DNA of 63,364 nt, the filler included, from Octopus bimaculoides (Eukaryota): NCBI RefSeq assembly GCF_001194135.2. It is 4 parts of 4 records of this genome, joined end to end, with 100 filler letters (N's around TTAATTAATTAA, not from the genome) between each part and the next. Parts side by side here need not be neighbours in the genome. Positions count along the whole stretch, not along the records: positions 17,268 to 44,773 come from NC_069009.1; 3 more parts are not named here. The stretch is one strand, 5' to 3'. A program made the translations under genes and the position numbers. Each line of letters opens with the position of its first letter. Position 1 is the first letter of the stretch. Below the pieces are notes generated by a model. The model was not told where the DNA came from and ran no database searches. It saw nothing but the letters and a program-made list of their open reading frames with translations. Shown one piece after another: positions 23,937 through 37,109 of the stretch.

Positions 23937-25212
23937 CAGGGGTTGGACAAAATAATAGAAACACCTAGCATCATAGCATCATAATTTTGAAATCTCTATA
24001 AAACCGTCAAAAGCTTGCTTATTTTTATGTCTTTTTATTTATTATTAGTGTTGCTTAATATGTTTTGCTAAGATTGCCGTTTCTTCTCAGATATCATCAG
24101 AAAAAGGTAATTAAAATTCATTAAAATGACAGATCTATCAAACTTTCAAAGAGTTCAAATTGTTGGTGCTTGTATGGCAGGCACTAGCATAACAAAAACA
24201 GCCAAAATGTTTGGTGTATCAAGAAGTACTGTCTCGAAAGTAATGACAGCCTTTGAGAAAGAGGGAAGAACCTCCTCATCAAAACAAATCTCCAGAAGAA
24301 AACCAAATCTTTCGGACAGGGACTGTCGGACTCTTACACGAATTGTTAGAAAGGACAACAAAAGTACAGCTCCCAAAATTACTGCAGAGCTTAATGACCA
24401 CCTCGAGAACCCAGCTTCAACTAAAACTGTTCGCCAGGAGCTGCACAAAGCTGGATTTCACAGGAGGGTTGCAACCAGAAAACCACTACTTTCAAAAGCA
24501 AATGTTGGAAAGTGTTTAGAGTGGAGTAAAACCTACAGAATTGGTCCCTAGAGCAGTGGAAGAATGTTATTTTCTCGGACGAGTCATCCTTTACATTATT
24601 TCTGACCACCGGCCAAGTATATGTGCGGAGACAGCCAAAAGAAGCATGTGACCCAGACTGCCTTCTTCCAACTGTTAAACATGGAGGAGGATCTGTAATG
24701 ATCAGGGGGGGGGGCTATATCTTGGAAATCTGCTGGCCCAATGGTTTCCCTTCATGGCAGAATTAATAGACAAGACTATTTAAGCATTTCATCTGATCAA
24801 ATTCATCCTATGGTTGCAGAAATGTTTCCGGAGAGAAATACAATCTTTCAGGATGATAATGCACCAATTCACACAGCTAAAGTTGTTACTGAATCGCATG
24901 AAGAACATTCTAGTGGAGTTGAACATCTTATCTGGCCACCAGAGTCCTCAGATCTCAATATTATTGAACATGTATGGTGCATTTTAGAAAAACAAGTAAG
25001 GAGTCGATATCCTCCACCATCATTACTACAAGAACTAGAAACTGTTTTAGCTGAAGAACGGACAAAAATTCCTTTGGAAACAATTCAAACTTTATACAAG
25101 TCCATACCTCGTAGAATTCAAACTGTAATTACTGCCAAAGGTGGTCCTACCCCATATTAAAATAAATTTGCTTGAAATTTTAAGGTGTTTCCACTATTTT
25201 GTGCAACCCCTG
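23937..25212 (+). mobile_element. Full-length Tc1-like DNA transposon, transposase disrupted, DD36E spacing
   Basis: 30-bp TIRs (CAGGGGTTGGACAAAATAATAGAAACACCT 23937-23966 / 25183-25212, 3 mismatches), TA on both sides. HTH region from 24126, FSDES near 24570, FQDDNAPIH...WPPESSDLNIIE; frameshifts and stops in between. Confidence 0.93.
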
Positions 25213-26694
25213 TATATATACAAATACAGGTATTCTGTCGGTTACAACAAGGTTTCTAGTTGTTCTAATCAACAGAATAGCCTACTTGTAAAATGAACGT
25301 GCAAGTGGCTGAGTACTCCACAGACATGCATACCCTTGGTATAGTTCTGAGAGAGATTCAGCATCACAGAGAATGAGACAAGGCCGGCCTTTTGAATTAC
25401 AGGTACAACTCACTTTTGGCAACAGAGTGGACTGGAGCAACATGAAATAAAGTGTCTTGCTCAAGGATACAATGCGCCACCAAGAATCGAACCCACAACT
25501 TTACAATTGTGAGCCGAATACCCTAACCACTAAGCCATGTGGTTTGACACACACATACGTGCCCACAATTATGTGCATGTGTGTGTGTGTTTCCATCACT
25601 GCTTGATAACCAGTGTTGGTGTGTTTATGTCCTTATAAGTTCGCAGTTTGGCAAAAGAGACTGACTGGGTAAGTACCAGGCTTAAAAACAGAAACTAAGT
25701 ACAGGGGTCGATTCATTTGGCTAAAATTCTTCAAGGTGGTGCCCCAGCATTGGTTGAAATCAAGTGACTGAAATATGTAAGATAGCATTCACACATACAT
25801 GCACTAATGCACACACACACGTACACATCATAATCATTGTTTAACGTCCGCTTTCCATGCTAGCATGGGTTGGACAATTTGACTGGGGACTGGCGAAGTG
25901 GATGGCTACACCAGACTCCAATCTGATTTGGCAGAGTTTCTACAGCTGGATGCCCTTCCTAACGCCAACCATTCCGAGAGTGTAGTGGGTGCTTTTTACA
26001 TGCCACCAGCACAAGGGCCAGTCCGGCGGTACTGGCAATGGCCACACTCAAATGGTATTTTTTATGTGCCACCTGCACAGGAGTCAGTCCAATGTTTTGT
26101 TACCTGCACAGGAGTCAGTCCAATGTGAAACTTGTTTTTATTTTTATATTTTCTTTCTTGAAAACATTTAATCAGATTCCTGTTTTAAATATTAGAAATT
26201 AAGATTCTACAATAAAATGTACTTCTGTCAGAAAGTAACTTACATGTGTGTGTGTGTGTGTGTGCAGATGTGTGTATACATGTATATATATGTATATGTG
26301 TATATATTTATTAATGTCTGTCTTATTTTCAGTTATAATAAAAACCCATCAGATTTTACATTAATCTGATGGGTTACTCAATACATTTCTAGAGTACAAA
26401 TTTATTATCCTCATACAATAATGTTGTTGACAGTGACTTCAAAGTTTCAGCTAGTTAAGCTATCATCAGACTATGAAATAAAGTCAACACCCAATTTACA
26501 AAATGCTTAAATACTGAACTTAGTACTTTCCATGTTGTCAAAGCAAAAAGATTAAATCCAATTTAACGCCTGTCTTCCATGCATGCAAGGGTAGGATGGT
26601 TGACAGGAGCCATCCAGGTAGAAGTTTACACCAGACTACTGTGTCTGTTTTGGCAGGGTTTTCAGGGCTAGATGCCCTTCCTTATTCTTTCAGT

Positions 26695-27350
<656 letters not shown>

Positions 27351-27443
27351 TATATAATTTAGCAACAGAGTGACTCAGTAGTTTCATGCATTAGCACTTA
27401 CCAAACTAGTTACAGGTCAAAGGGCTGTGGGTTTAAATATCTG

Positions 27444-27476
<33 letters not shown>

Positions 27477-27567
27477 AATTGAATATTAATTTAATTAACA
27501 TCAATTTAAAACCAAGTGGCCTAGCATATAAAAAAAATCTGAAAATTCAGAAAAATTGTATAACATG

Positions 27568-27696
27568 CGTATAAGAAGGGATGACCACTAAGTGGACATC
27601 CAATATGCTAGAAAGAGGTCATCAGCGACCCAACCACAAAGATGACCTCTTTCTAGCATATCGGATGTCCACTTAGTGGTCATCCCTTCTTATACG
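27568..27696. repeat. 56-bp inverted repeat with a 17-nt loop and one mismatch
   Basis: 27568-27623 pairs with 27641-27696; only A27602/C27662 is mismatched; the right arm abuts a gap. Confidence 0.95.
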
Positions 27697-28474
27697 NNNN
27701 NNNNNNNNNNNNNNNNNNNNNNNNNNNNNNNNNNNNNNNNNNNNNNNNNNNNNNNNNNNNNNNNNNNNNNNNNNNNNNNNNNNNNNNNNNNNNNNNNNNN
27801 NNNNNNNNNNNNNNNNNNNNNNNNNNNNNNNNNNNNNNNNNNNNNNNNNNNNNNNNNNNNNNNNNNNNNNNNNNNNNNNNNNNNNNNNNNNNNNNNNNNN
27901 NNNNNNNNNNNNNNNNNNNNNNNNNNNNNNNNNNNNNNNNNNNNNNNNNNNNNNNNNNNNNNNNNNNNNNNNNNNNNNNNNNNNNNNNNNNNNNNNNNNN
28001 NNNNNNNNNNNNNNNNNNNNNNNNNNNNNNNNTAATTAGATATATATATCTATCTCAACCAACAATAAGTACCAAATGAATTAATATGAAATACTTATTA
28101 TATAAAGATAGAAAAATTATTAAAAAAATATCATAATATCAAAATAATAACCATTCAATAATCATCCCTTCATCCATTATAATAACATGTATATTATATA
28201 CAAAAACATCTTACATAAATTATCATTGTTTTAAATTATCATTGTTTTAAATACAAGTTGAACGAAGTTTAAGTTTAAAATAATAATGAAGATAAAATTA
28301 GTACATATTTAACCGGTGTAATAGTTAAAGCTATACTATTTAAAGCTAAAGACGTTTATTTAATTATAATTAAAAATCAATTGAATAATAGAAAAATACA
28401 AGATTATGGTCAAAAACAGCCATCAACAGCAGATGTAATGTCATCATCATCATCATCACAGTGATAGTGGTTCC

Positions 28475-29232
28475 CTGCCAAGTGGTTTTTTCATGTTGTG
28501 GAACAGATGATAGTCAGATGGGGCCAATTTAGGAGAATAGGGAGGGTGATCAACCAAATCAAAGCCGGTCATACACAGCAGCCATTGAAACCAAGGATTT
28601 GTGTCCAGGCACATTGTCCTGATGTAGCAAGACCCCTTTCATCAGTTTTGCTGGGAATTTGATTTTGATACCTGTTTGTAACTGCCTCAGCAAAATGGTA
28701 TAGTACTCTCTATTGATGGTGAGGCCCTTTTGAAGATAGTCAATAAGCACAGTACCTTTTGCACCCCAAAATCTGAGGCCATCACTTTCCCTGCAGATGA
28801 AATGGCTTTGGCCTTCTGTGGCATAAATGAGGATGAGTGTTTCTCCTGCATGGATTGTCTCTTTGTCTCTGGCTCAAAGTGATGAAGAGAATCTTCAAGG
28901 AAACTAGCTGGAACTGCTTCAAACAATGTCAGATTATCCTGTAATGTGATCAGCCTGGTGCAAAAAAACCTTCATCATGCCAAGTTCATTGCACAGAATA
29001 TTCCCAACTCTTCCATTACTATTTGATTTATAGTCAATCACCTGTCATCCTTCATTGTGGGGTGAACACAATCAATGTTTCCTTCAGTGGTGACAGATGT
29101 AGGACGTCCAAACCTTGGGTCATCTTCAAGACTCAGTTTCTCTCCTAAATTCTGCTGCTCACTTTTGCACCGGGGTGTCTTCCTTTTATGTAGCAACCAT
29201 TTTATGTAACAACCAGTTTTCCTGCAGGTGCT
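28475..29232 (-). mobile_element. Mariner (DD34D-type) transposase fragment, degenerate
   Basis: HHFEPETKRQSMQ, SAGKVMAS, LIDYLQKGLTIN, HQDNVPGHKS and a YSPxLAPSDY-like segment across broken frames. Confidence 0.85.
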
Positions 29233-30507
29233 TACTCTTTTACTCTTTCACTTGTTTCAGTCATTTGACTGCGGCCATGCTGGAGCACCACCTTTAATCG
29301 AGCAAATCGACCCCAGGACTTATTCTTTGTAATCCTAGTACTTATTCTATCGGTCTCTTTTGTGAAACCACTAAGTTACGTGGATGTAAACATACAAACA
29401 CCAGATATCAAGNNNNNNNNNNNNNNNNNNNNNNNNNNNNNNNNNNNNNNNNNNNNNNNNNNNNNNNNNNNNNNNNNNNNNNNNNNNNNNNNNNNNNNNN
29501 NNNNNNNNNNNNNNNNNNNNNNNNNNNNNNNNNNNNNNNNNNNNNNNNNNNNNNNNNNNNNNNNNNNNNNNNNNNNNNNNNNNNNNNNNNNNNNNNNNNN
29601 NNNNNNNNNNNNNNNNNNNNNNNNNNNNNNNNNNNNNNNNNNNNNNNNNNNNNNNNNNNNNNNNNNNNNNNNNNNNNNNNNNNNNNNNNNNNNNNNNNNN
29701 NNNNNNNNNNNNNNNNNNNNNNNNNNNNNNNNNNNNNNNNNNNNNNNNNNNNNNNNNNNNNNNNNNNNNNNNNNNNNNNNNNNNNNNNNNNNNNNNNNNN
29801 NNNNNNNNNNNNNNNNNNNNNNNNNNNNNNNNNNNNNNNNNNNNNNNNNNNNNNNNNNNNNNNNNNNNNNNNNNNNNNNNNNNNNNNNNNNNNNNNNNNN
29901 NNNNNNNNNNNNNNNNNNNNNNNNNNNNNNNNNNNNNNNNNNNNNNNNNNNNNNNNNNNNNNNNNNNNNNNNNNNNNNNNNNNNNNNNNNNNNNNNNNNN
30001 NNNNNNNNNNNNNNNNNNNNNNNNNNNNNNNNNNNNNNNNNNNNNNNNNNNNNNNNNNNNNNNNNNNNNNNNNNNNNNNNNNNNNNNNNNNNNNNNNNNN
30101 NNNNNNNNNNNNNNNNNNNNNNNNNNNNNNNNNNNNNNNNNNNNNNNNNNNNNNNNNNNNNNNNNNNNNNNNNNNNNNNNNNNNNNNNNNNNNNNNNNNN
30201 NNNNNNNNNNNNNNNNNNNNNNNNNNNNNNNNNNNNNNNNNNNNNNNCTTTTCTTTTGTCACTTTTGCTATGAATTAAATTAATGAATTCAACGGGATAC
30301 ACCGTCTGCAAGTAGTTGGGTTCAGCATATTATCCTCCATTTTCTAATTGTTACACAAATTTTGGGTAAAACCTCCACTTTTACCTGCTCCCATTGATTG
30401 CACCTAGTATAGCACTAGTGTAGCAATAATTGGGTACCCTCCCAGCAGTATACTGGATAGATACTATCCCTTAGTGGGTTGTACCCCCAACCCCTAACTC
30501 TCTCACG

Positions 30508-30557
<50 letters not shown>

Positions 30558-30578
30558 ACACACACACACACACACACA

Positions 30579-30779
30579 CACGGTGTGTCAAAAGTAGCGC
30601 CTAATTTCTGTTTAAAGGTTGATATGTATATCTTCCAAATTGGGAGACACATTTCACTCCTAATTCTTGTTCTACGGGTTTGGGATATCAAAATGTTCAA
30701 TGGTCCAGATTTAATAACATACAAAACAACAAAGAAAAGCATGATTGCCAGAAACGGGCGCTACTTTTGAATCACCCTG
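30579..30779. mobile_element. Tc1/mariner-type MITE (~200 bp)
   Basis: Imperfect TIRs CACGGTGTGTCAAAAGTAGCGCC / GGCGCTACTTTTGAATCACCCTG followed by TA. Confidence 0.7.
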
Positions 30780-30781
30780 TA

Positions 30782-30815
<34 letters not shown>

Positions 30816-31099
30816 GCATGTGTGTGTGTGTGAGCTGGAGGTCCGTCAGCAAGTTAGATAACATATATTATTGAGCTAATTTTATCAATATTGTTTTAAA
30901 TAGATAATGCGACAATGGCCATTGTGAAAAGCTAAGTGTGACAAGTAGCAAGAGATAACGGAAGAGATATCAAATTAATTTTCCTATTTGCTACTTTTTT
31001 TTTTATTTATTTATTTTTTTCTCATTGAAGTACATACAACACTCAGTAGTCTTGAAAAAGAAAAATGAAAGTTAACATAGAACATGATAGCGACATATT

Positions 31100-31480
31100 G
31101 TTTCAGTCATTTGACTGTGGCCATGCTGGGGCACCGCCTTTAGTCGAGCAAATCGACCCCAGGACTTATTCTTTGTAAGCTTTGTACTTATTCTATTGGT
31201 CTATTTTGCCGAACCGCTAAGTTACGGGGACGTAAACACACCACCATCGGTTGTCAAGCGTTGGTGGGGGGATAAACACAGACACAAACACACACACACA
31301 TATATATATACATATATACAACGGGCTTCTTTCAGTTTCCATCTACCAAATCCACTTACAAGGCTTTGGTTGGACCGAGGCTATAGTAGAAGACACTTGA
31401 CCAAGGTGCCACGCAGTGGGACTGAACCCAAAACCATGTGGTTGGAAAGCAAGCTTCTTACCACACAGCCACACCTGCTC
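31100..31480 (-). mobile_element. SINE family A copy
   Basis: Near-consensus match to the other copies. Confidence 0.85.
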
Positions 31481-31574
31481 CTATATATGTTTTACATAAC
31501 CGTCATTTAGTTATATTTTTTCATTGGAAGGTAACATGTATGTACATGATATATACATAATACAAAACAGTACT

Positions 31575-32385
31575 GAGTCGCTGACCACGAAACACCGTCT
31601 TCGATGGTTGGGACATGTAACAAGAATGGAAGAGTCAAGGTTCCCACGCCAAGTGTTATCCAGTGAGCTCACTTCGAGATAAAGACCACGGGGTTGCCCT
31701 CATCAAAGATACAAGGATCAACTCAAAGCAACACCGAAAGCTACTGGAATTGAGCCTAAACACAAGCTCGAGACCGTACCAAGTGACAGTGTTTTATCAC
31801 CATCGGAACCAAAAACGAAGCTACCAGAAGGGAAAAGGAAGAAATCACACAAGAGAGAAAGGCTTGACAAAATCAACCTCGTCTTCCACCAACAAACAAT
31901 GCCATCGACTCTTCATCATCATCGTTTAACGTCCGCTTTCCATGCTAGCATGGGTTGGACAATTTGACTGAGGACTGGTGAACCAGATGGCTACACTAGG
32001 CTCCAATCTGATCTGGCAGAGTTTCTACACCTGGATGCCCTTCCTAACGCCAACCACTCCGAGAGTGTAGTGGATGCTTTTACGTGTCACCCGCACGAAG
32101 GCCAGTCAGGAGGTACTGGCAACAGCCACGCTCGAAATGGTGTATTTTATGTGCCACCTGCACAGGAGCCAGTTCAGCGGCACTGGCAACGATCTCGCTT
32201 GAATGTCTTTTCATGTGCCATCCAGTACAAGTGCCAGGAAGGCGACGTTGGTAATGGTCACGCTCAGATGGTGCTATTTACGTGCCATGCAAGAATTGGT
32301 CTACAGAGTCACCAATGGCATCACCATAAAGGAAGCATTCAGCAAAGAAAATAAATCCTCAAATTGGAGATAAAGCTGACGACGA
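31575..32385 (+). mobile_element. RTE LINE 3' end interrupted by a SINE-like insertion (31915-32285)
   Basis: HRLRWLGHVTRMEESRFPRQVLSSEL...YKDQLK; the terminal zinc finger is split as QCHRLF | HARIGLQSHQWH. Confidence 0.8.
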
Positions 32386-32885
32386 TAAAACCACATTAAA
32401 AATACAAATCCAAAACCGAGAGAAAAAAGGAAAAACAGAAAGGAAAAGAAAGAGAAATACATCGATTCAACATCAAGTGCCTCAAGTGGTCGCACACCAT
32501 TAGGTTCAGCGGAAACTACTAAAGCAAGCCAACAGGCTCGTGGCATTACAACAGGCGATGGCGAGGCGAAGGCATTGGAACAGCACCACACCTCAGTAAG
32601 ACGAGCCGCCAACAATGACAAGAACTTCGCCGTTAGAGACCGAGGGCTTATTTGAAATAATTGGGGAACACCGTTCACCCTTTGTGCAAATGCAATAAAA
32701 GCAGTTTCCACAGCTCTGCACTGCTCCTATCAATGTATACCCAATAAATAATAATTATAAGGCTTCAATTTTAGATTTAACTTGCATATTTACTCTGTGA
32801 TTATAGAGCTACATAGACAAGGGGTAAAAGAGCCGCATGGGGCTTGCGTGCCACCACCTCCCTCGTGTGTGTATAGAGATGCACA

Positions 32886-32928
<43 letters not shown>

Positions 32929-34084
32929 NNNNNNNNNNNNNNNNNNNNNNNNNNNNNNNNNNNNNNNNNNNNNNNNNNNNNNNNNNNNNNNNNNNNNNNN
33001 NNNNNNNNNNNNNNNNNNNNNNNNNNNNNNNNNNNNNNNNNNNNNNNNNNNNNNNNNNNNNNNNNNNNNNNNNNNNNNNNNNNNNNNNNNNNNNNNNNNN
33101 NNNNNNNNNNNNNNNNNNNNNNNNNNNNNNNNNNNNNNNNNNNNNNNNNNNNNNNNNNNNNNNNNNNNNNNNNNNNNNNNNNNNNNNNNNNNNNNNNNNN
33201 NNNNNNNNNNNNNNNNNNNNNNNNNNNNNNNNNNNNNNNNNNNNNNNNNNNNNNNNNNNNNNNNNNNNNNNNNNNNNNNNNNNNNNNNNNNNNNNNNNNN
33301 NNNNNNNNNNNNNNNNNNNNNNNNNNNNNNNNNNNNNNNNNNNNNNNNNNNNNNNNNNNNNNNNNNNNNNNNNNNNNNNNNNNNNNNNNNNNNNNNNNNN
33401 NNNNNNNNNNNNNNNNNNNNNNNNNNNNNNNNNNNNNNNNNNNNNNNNNNNNNNNNNNNNNNNNNNNNNNNNNNNNNNNNNNNNNNNNNNNNNNNNNNNN
33501 NNNNNNNNNNNNNNNNNNNNNNNNNNNNNNNNNNNNNNNNNNNNNNNNNNNNNNNNNNNNNNNNNNNNNNNNNNNNNNNNNNNNNNNNNNNNNNNNNNNN
33601 NNNNNNNNNNNNNNNNNNNNNNNNNNNNNNNNNNNNNNNNNNNNNNNNNNNNNNNNNNNNNNNNNNNNNNNNNNNNNNNNNNNNNNNNNNNNNNNNNNNN
33701 NNNNNNNNNNNNNNNNNNNNNNNNNNNNNNNNNNNNNNNNNNNNNNNNNNNNNNNNNNNNNNNNNNNNNNNNNNNNNNNNNNNNNNNNNNNNNNNNNNNN
33801 NNNNNNNNNNNNNNNNNNNNNNNNNNNNNNNNNNNNNNNNNNNNNNNNNNGGCTGCTGGCATTCTTCTACATGTGTGCACCCTACGCCAACTTTGTTGCC
33901 TCATAACTTCCAGAAAAATTAATATTCTTTAATTAATTTTTTTACAAATACGCTTTAGATAAAATCGGAATATTTTGTTAAAAACTTTTTTCTGGGGTGG
34001 GGAGAGGAGTTTTGTGAAATTCATACAAAATGGGTAATTTTTTCGAATGAAATTTTCTGTGAATCCTCGAATCGGAATTTAATT

Positions 34085-34412
34085 GTTGTTGGCACTCCGT
34101 CGCTTACGATATCGAGGGTTCCAGTTGATCCGAGCACTCCACAGACACGTGTACCCTTAACGTAGTTCTCGGGTGACAAGGCTGACCCTTTGAATTACAG
34201 GCACTACATGTACAACAGAAACAGGAAGTAAGAGTGAGAGAAAGTTGTGGTGAAAGAGCACAGCAGGGTTCGCCACCATCCCCTGCCGGAGCCTCGTGGA
34301 GCTTTAGGTGTTTTCGCTCAATAAACACTCACATCGCCCGGTCTGGGAATCGAAACCGCGATCCTATGACCATGAGTCCGCTGCCCTAACCACTGGGCCA
34401 TTGCGCCTCCAC
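34085..34412 (-). mobile_element. tRNA-head SINE, family B (related copies ~8410-8730 -, 11120-11325 +, 25225-25540 -)
   Basis: On -: GGAGGCGCAATGGCCCAGTGGTTAGGG head and CGGTTTCGATTCCC B-box; 3' part shared with the other copies. Confidence 0.8.
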
Positions 34413-34640
34413 ATCGGAATTTAATAACAAAAAACAAATTTGATGGACTCACACATATACATACTGACACAGGTCACGTATATCTGCAAAGTGAAATTTC
34501 GAAAATAATTGTTTTGTGTCAGTATATAGGTGTGTGCTCACTAATTTTCTTTACATCAAATTGCGATATAATTGTAATTTACACACTCTGAAAAGTATTT
34601 GTAGAAAATTTCATTAAAAAATACACGAGGGAACACAGCC

Positions 34641-35097
34641 GGTGGAGATGGAGTATATGTAATCTGGGTATACCCCCACTTTTAAATTTTGTTTTTTTTT
34701 TACGGAATCCTATGTTTCAGACCATGGAGAATCCGATTCGGGAAAAAAAAATTTCAAAAATCTCAATTTCAAAATTTCGATCCCCCACCCCCGGTTTTTA
34801 TATAGATCCACAGGGTAAACCTAACTCAAACCCTAACCCTAACCCTAACCCTAACCCTGACCCTAACCATAACCCTGACCCTAACCCTAACCCTAACCCT
34901 AACACTAGTTTTGTGAGATTTGGCTGTTATTTCTAGCATGTAAATAGCCTGCTTGGTGGGGGGGGGTAATTGAAATTTTTCAAAAATTTTTTTTTTCAGA
35001 ATCGGAATCTCCATAGCCTAAAACGTGGGATTCCGTAAAAAAAAATAATAAATAAGGGGGGGGGGAAGGTTCAGATTACATATAGTCCATCTCTACC
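34641..35097. mobile_element. MITE/foldback element with ~140-bp TIRs and a central (CCCTAA)n tract
   Basis: Left arm GGTGGAGATGGAGTATATGTAATCTG...TTACGGAATCC...GGAGAATCCGATTC; right arm is its diverged reverse complement; telomeric hexamers in the middle. Confidence 0.75.
34819..34903 (+). repeat. Interstitial telomeric-type repeat (CCCTAA)n, ~14 units with CCCTGA/CCATAA variants
   Basis: Read directly; 12 in-register hexamers at 34831-34902. Confidence 0.95.
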
Positions 35098-36341
35098 CCG
35101 ATATAATCGGAATCTACACCACCTGAAACGTATTTGTAGAAAATTTCATTAAAAAATATCCATTTTTGTCTGGAAGTTATGCGGTAACAAAGTCCGAGAT
35201 GTACACATATGTGGAAACCACTCGTTATTGTCACCAAATACATAACAACATGACTGAAACAAATAAAAAGAAAATAAAATCATAAAAATGAGAAAAGATC
35301 TATTTTTGTACACTTCCGGGTTGACTTCAATTCACTTTCGTTATCAGTTTATCAATTGCGCAGTAATATGTAGTCGGAGCAAGGCAGCGAGTTGGCCGAA
35401 TCGTTAACACGCCGGGAAAAAAATATGAACGGTATTTCGTCCGTCTTTGCGTTCTAAGTTCAAATTCGGCCGAGGTCGAATCTTCCTTTCACTTTTGCCG
35501 AACTGCTAGTTTACGAGCACGTTAGCACATCAACATCGGTTATCAAGTGGGGGATAGGGACAAACACACACACTCACGTACATATTCTTTTACTTCTTTC
35601 AATCATTTGACAGCGGACATGCTGGAGCACCTACAGACTTCTTTCAGTTTCTACCAAATCCACCCAGAAGACTTTGGTCAGTCCGAGTAGAATTCACTTG
35701 GCCAAGGTGCTGTAGCAGGACTGAACCCAGAACTATGTGGTTGGGGAGTACATGGTTCCGGCTGCGCCTATAAATTTTTATTTTTTTTTATTTTTCATAA
35801 CAAAAAATATGCAATCCGATAGATTGAACAGTTGCGCAACTAAAGGCACAAGGCCTGAGAATTTGGGAGGAGGGGATTAGTCGATTATATCGATCCCAGT
35901 GTTTCACTGGTACTTAATTTATCAACCCCGAAAGGATGAAAGGCAATGACGACCTCAGCGAAGTTTGAACTCAGAACGTAGACACCGACGAAATTCCACC
36001 AAGCATTTTGTCCGGCGCAAAATAATATGCATAAATTTTCATATTCAAATTGTTCGATTTCAAAACCTTTTGCAAGTTTTAAAACATGAAAGACAAGTTT
36101 TTTAAAACATAAGGAAAATAAAAATAGACAAAAAGTGAATTAGAATATCACGTGTTTATGTTTAAAATGTTAAGTCGGAATAAAATGGTTTCGGGAGGAA
36201 ATAGTCGTCGCTGTGTGGTAAGAAGTTTGACAGTTCCTGGTCCAGTCAAATGTTTTCTGTTATAACCCCATGCCGACCAAAGCCACATAAGTGAATTTGG
36301 GAAGCAGAAACTGAAAGAAGCCATACATATCTCTCTCTTCT

Positions 36342-36379
<38 letters not shown>

Positions 36380-37109
36380 NNNNNNNNNNNNNNNNNNNNN
36401 NNNNNNNNNNNNNNNNNNNNNNNNNNNNNNNNNNNNNNNNNNNNNNNNNNNNNNNNNNNNNNNNNNNNNNNNNNNNNNNCACACACACAATCACATACTC
36501 ACATATATATACATATTTCAATGTATATTAAGTGTGTGTGTGTATGGATGAAACTGGGCGTTGCGTGAGTGTATGTGATTTTGTGTGTGTAAATGCATGT
36601 GGGCGTGTGTGTTTGCGTGCGTATGTATGTACAAGTTTGTATTTGTGTGCGAGAACGTGTGTGTGTAAGTTTATATTTGTGTATGTCTACGAAAGAGTTA
36701 AAGAGAGGGAGTGTGAAAATGTGTGAGTGTGAGCGTTAAAAGTTTTTACTTACACAACACCGCCACCACCAGCATTATCACAGCCAATGCAGATTTGTTG
36801 CGAAACAGAAAATAAAAGTACTTCCTAGTAAATAGTTTCATTTTTAATGTTGCGAAGTGATGACTAAAATGCAATACAAAGAAAGTTGGCGGTTAGTTTG
36901 ACGTTCTAGAAATAGAGCGGAAGAGGGATGGGCAAAACGAAGGGAAATTTTTGATGTTTCATTTATTCACTCTTCTGGAAGATACAAGTGTGAGGATGTG
37001 GGGGATGGGACCGGTGAAGATTGACTCAATACACACACACACACACATGCATGTATGCATATGTATGTTATGTATGTATCGTTTATAAATTTGTTTTGTA
37101 AAATTCCTT

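Larger units (their letters stand above)
33870..35215. mobile_element. Outer TIR element (arms ~33870-33965 and ~35120-35215) enclosing a SINE and the telomere-core MITE
   Basis: ctttgttgcctcataacttccagaaaaa...tttacaaatacg versus the reverse complement of cgtatttgtagaaaa...tttgtctggaagttatgcggtaacaaag. Confidence 0.6.
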
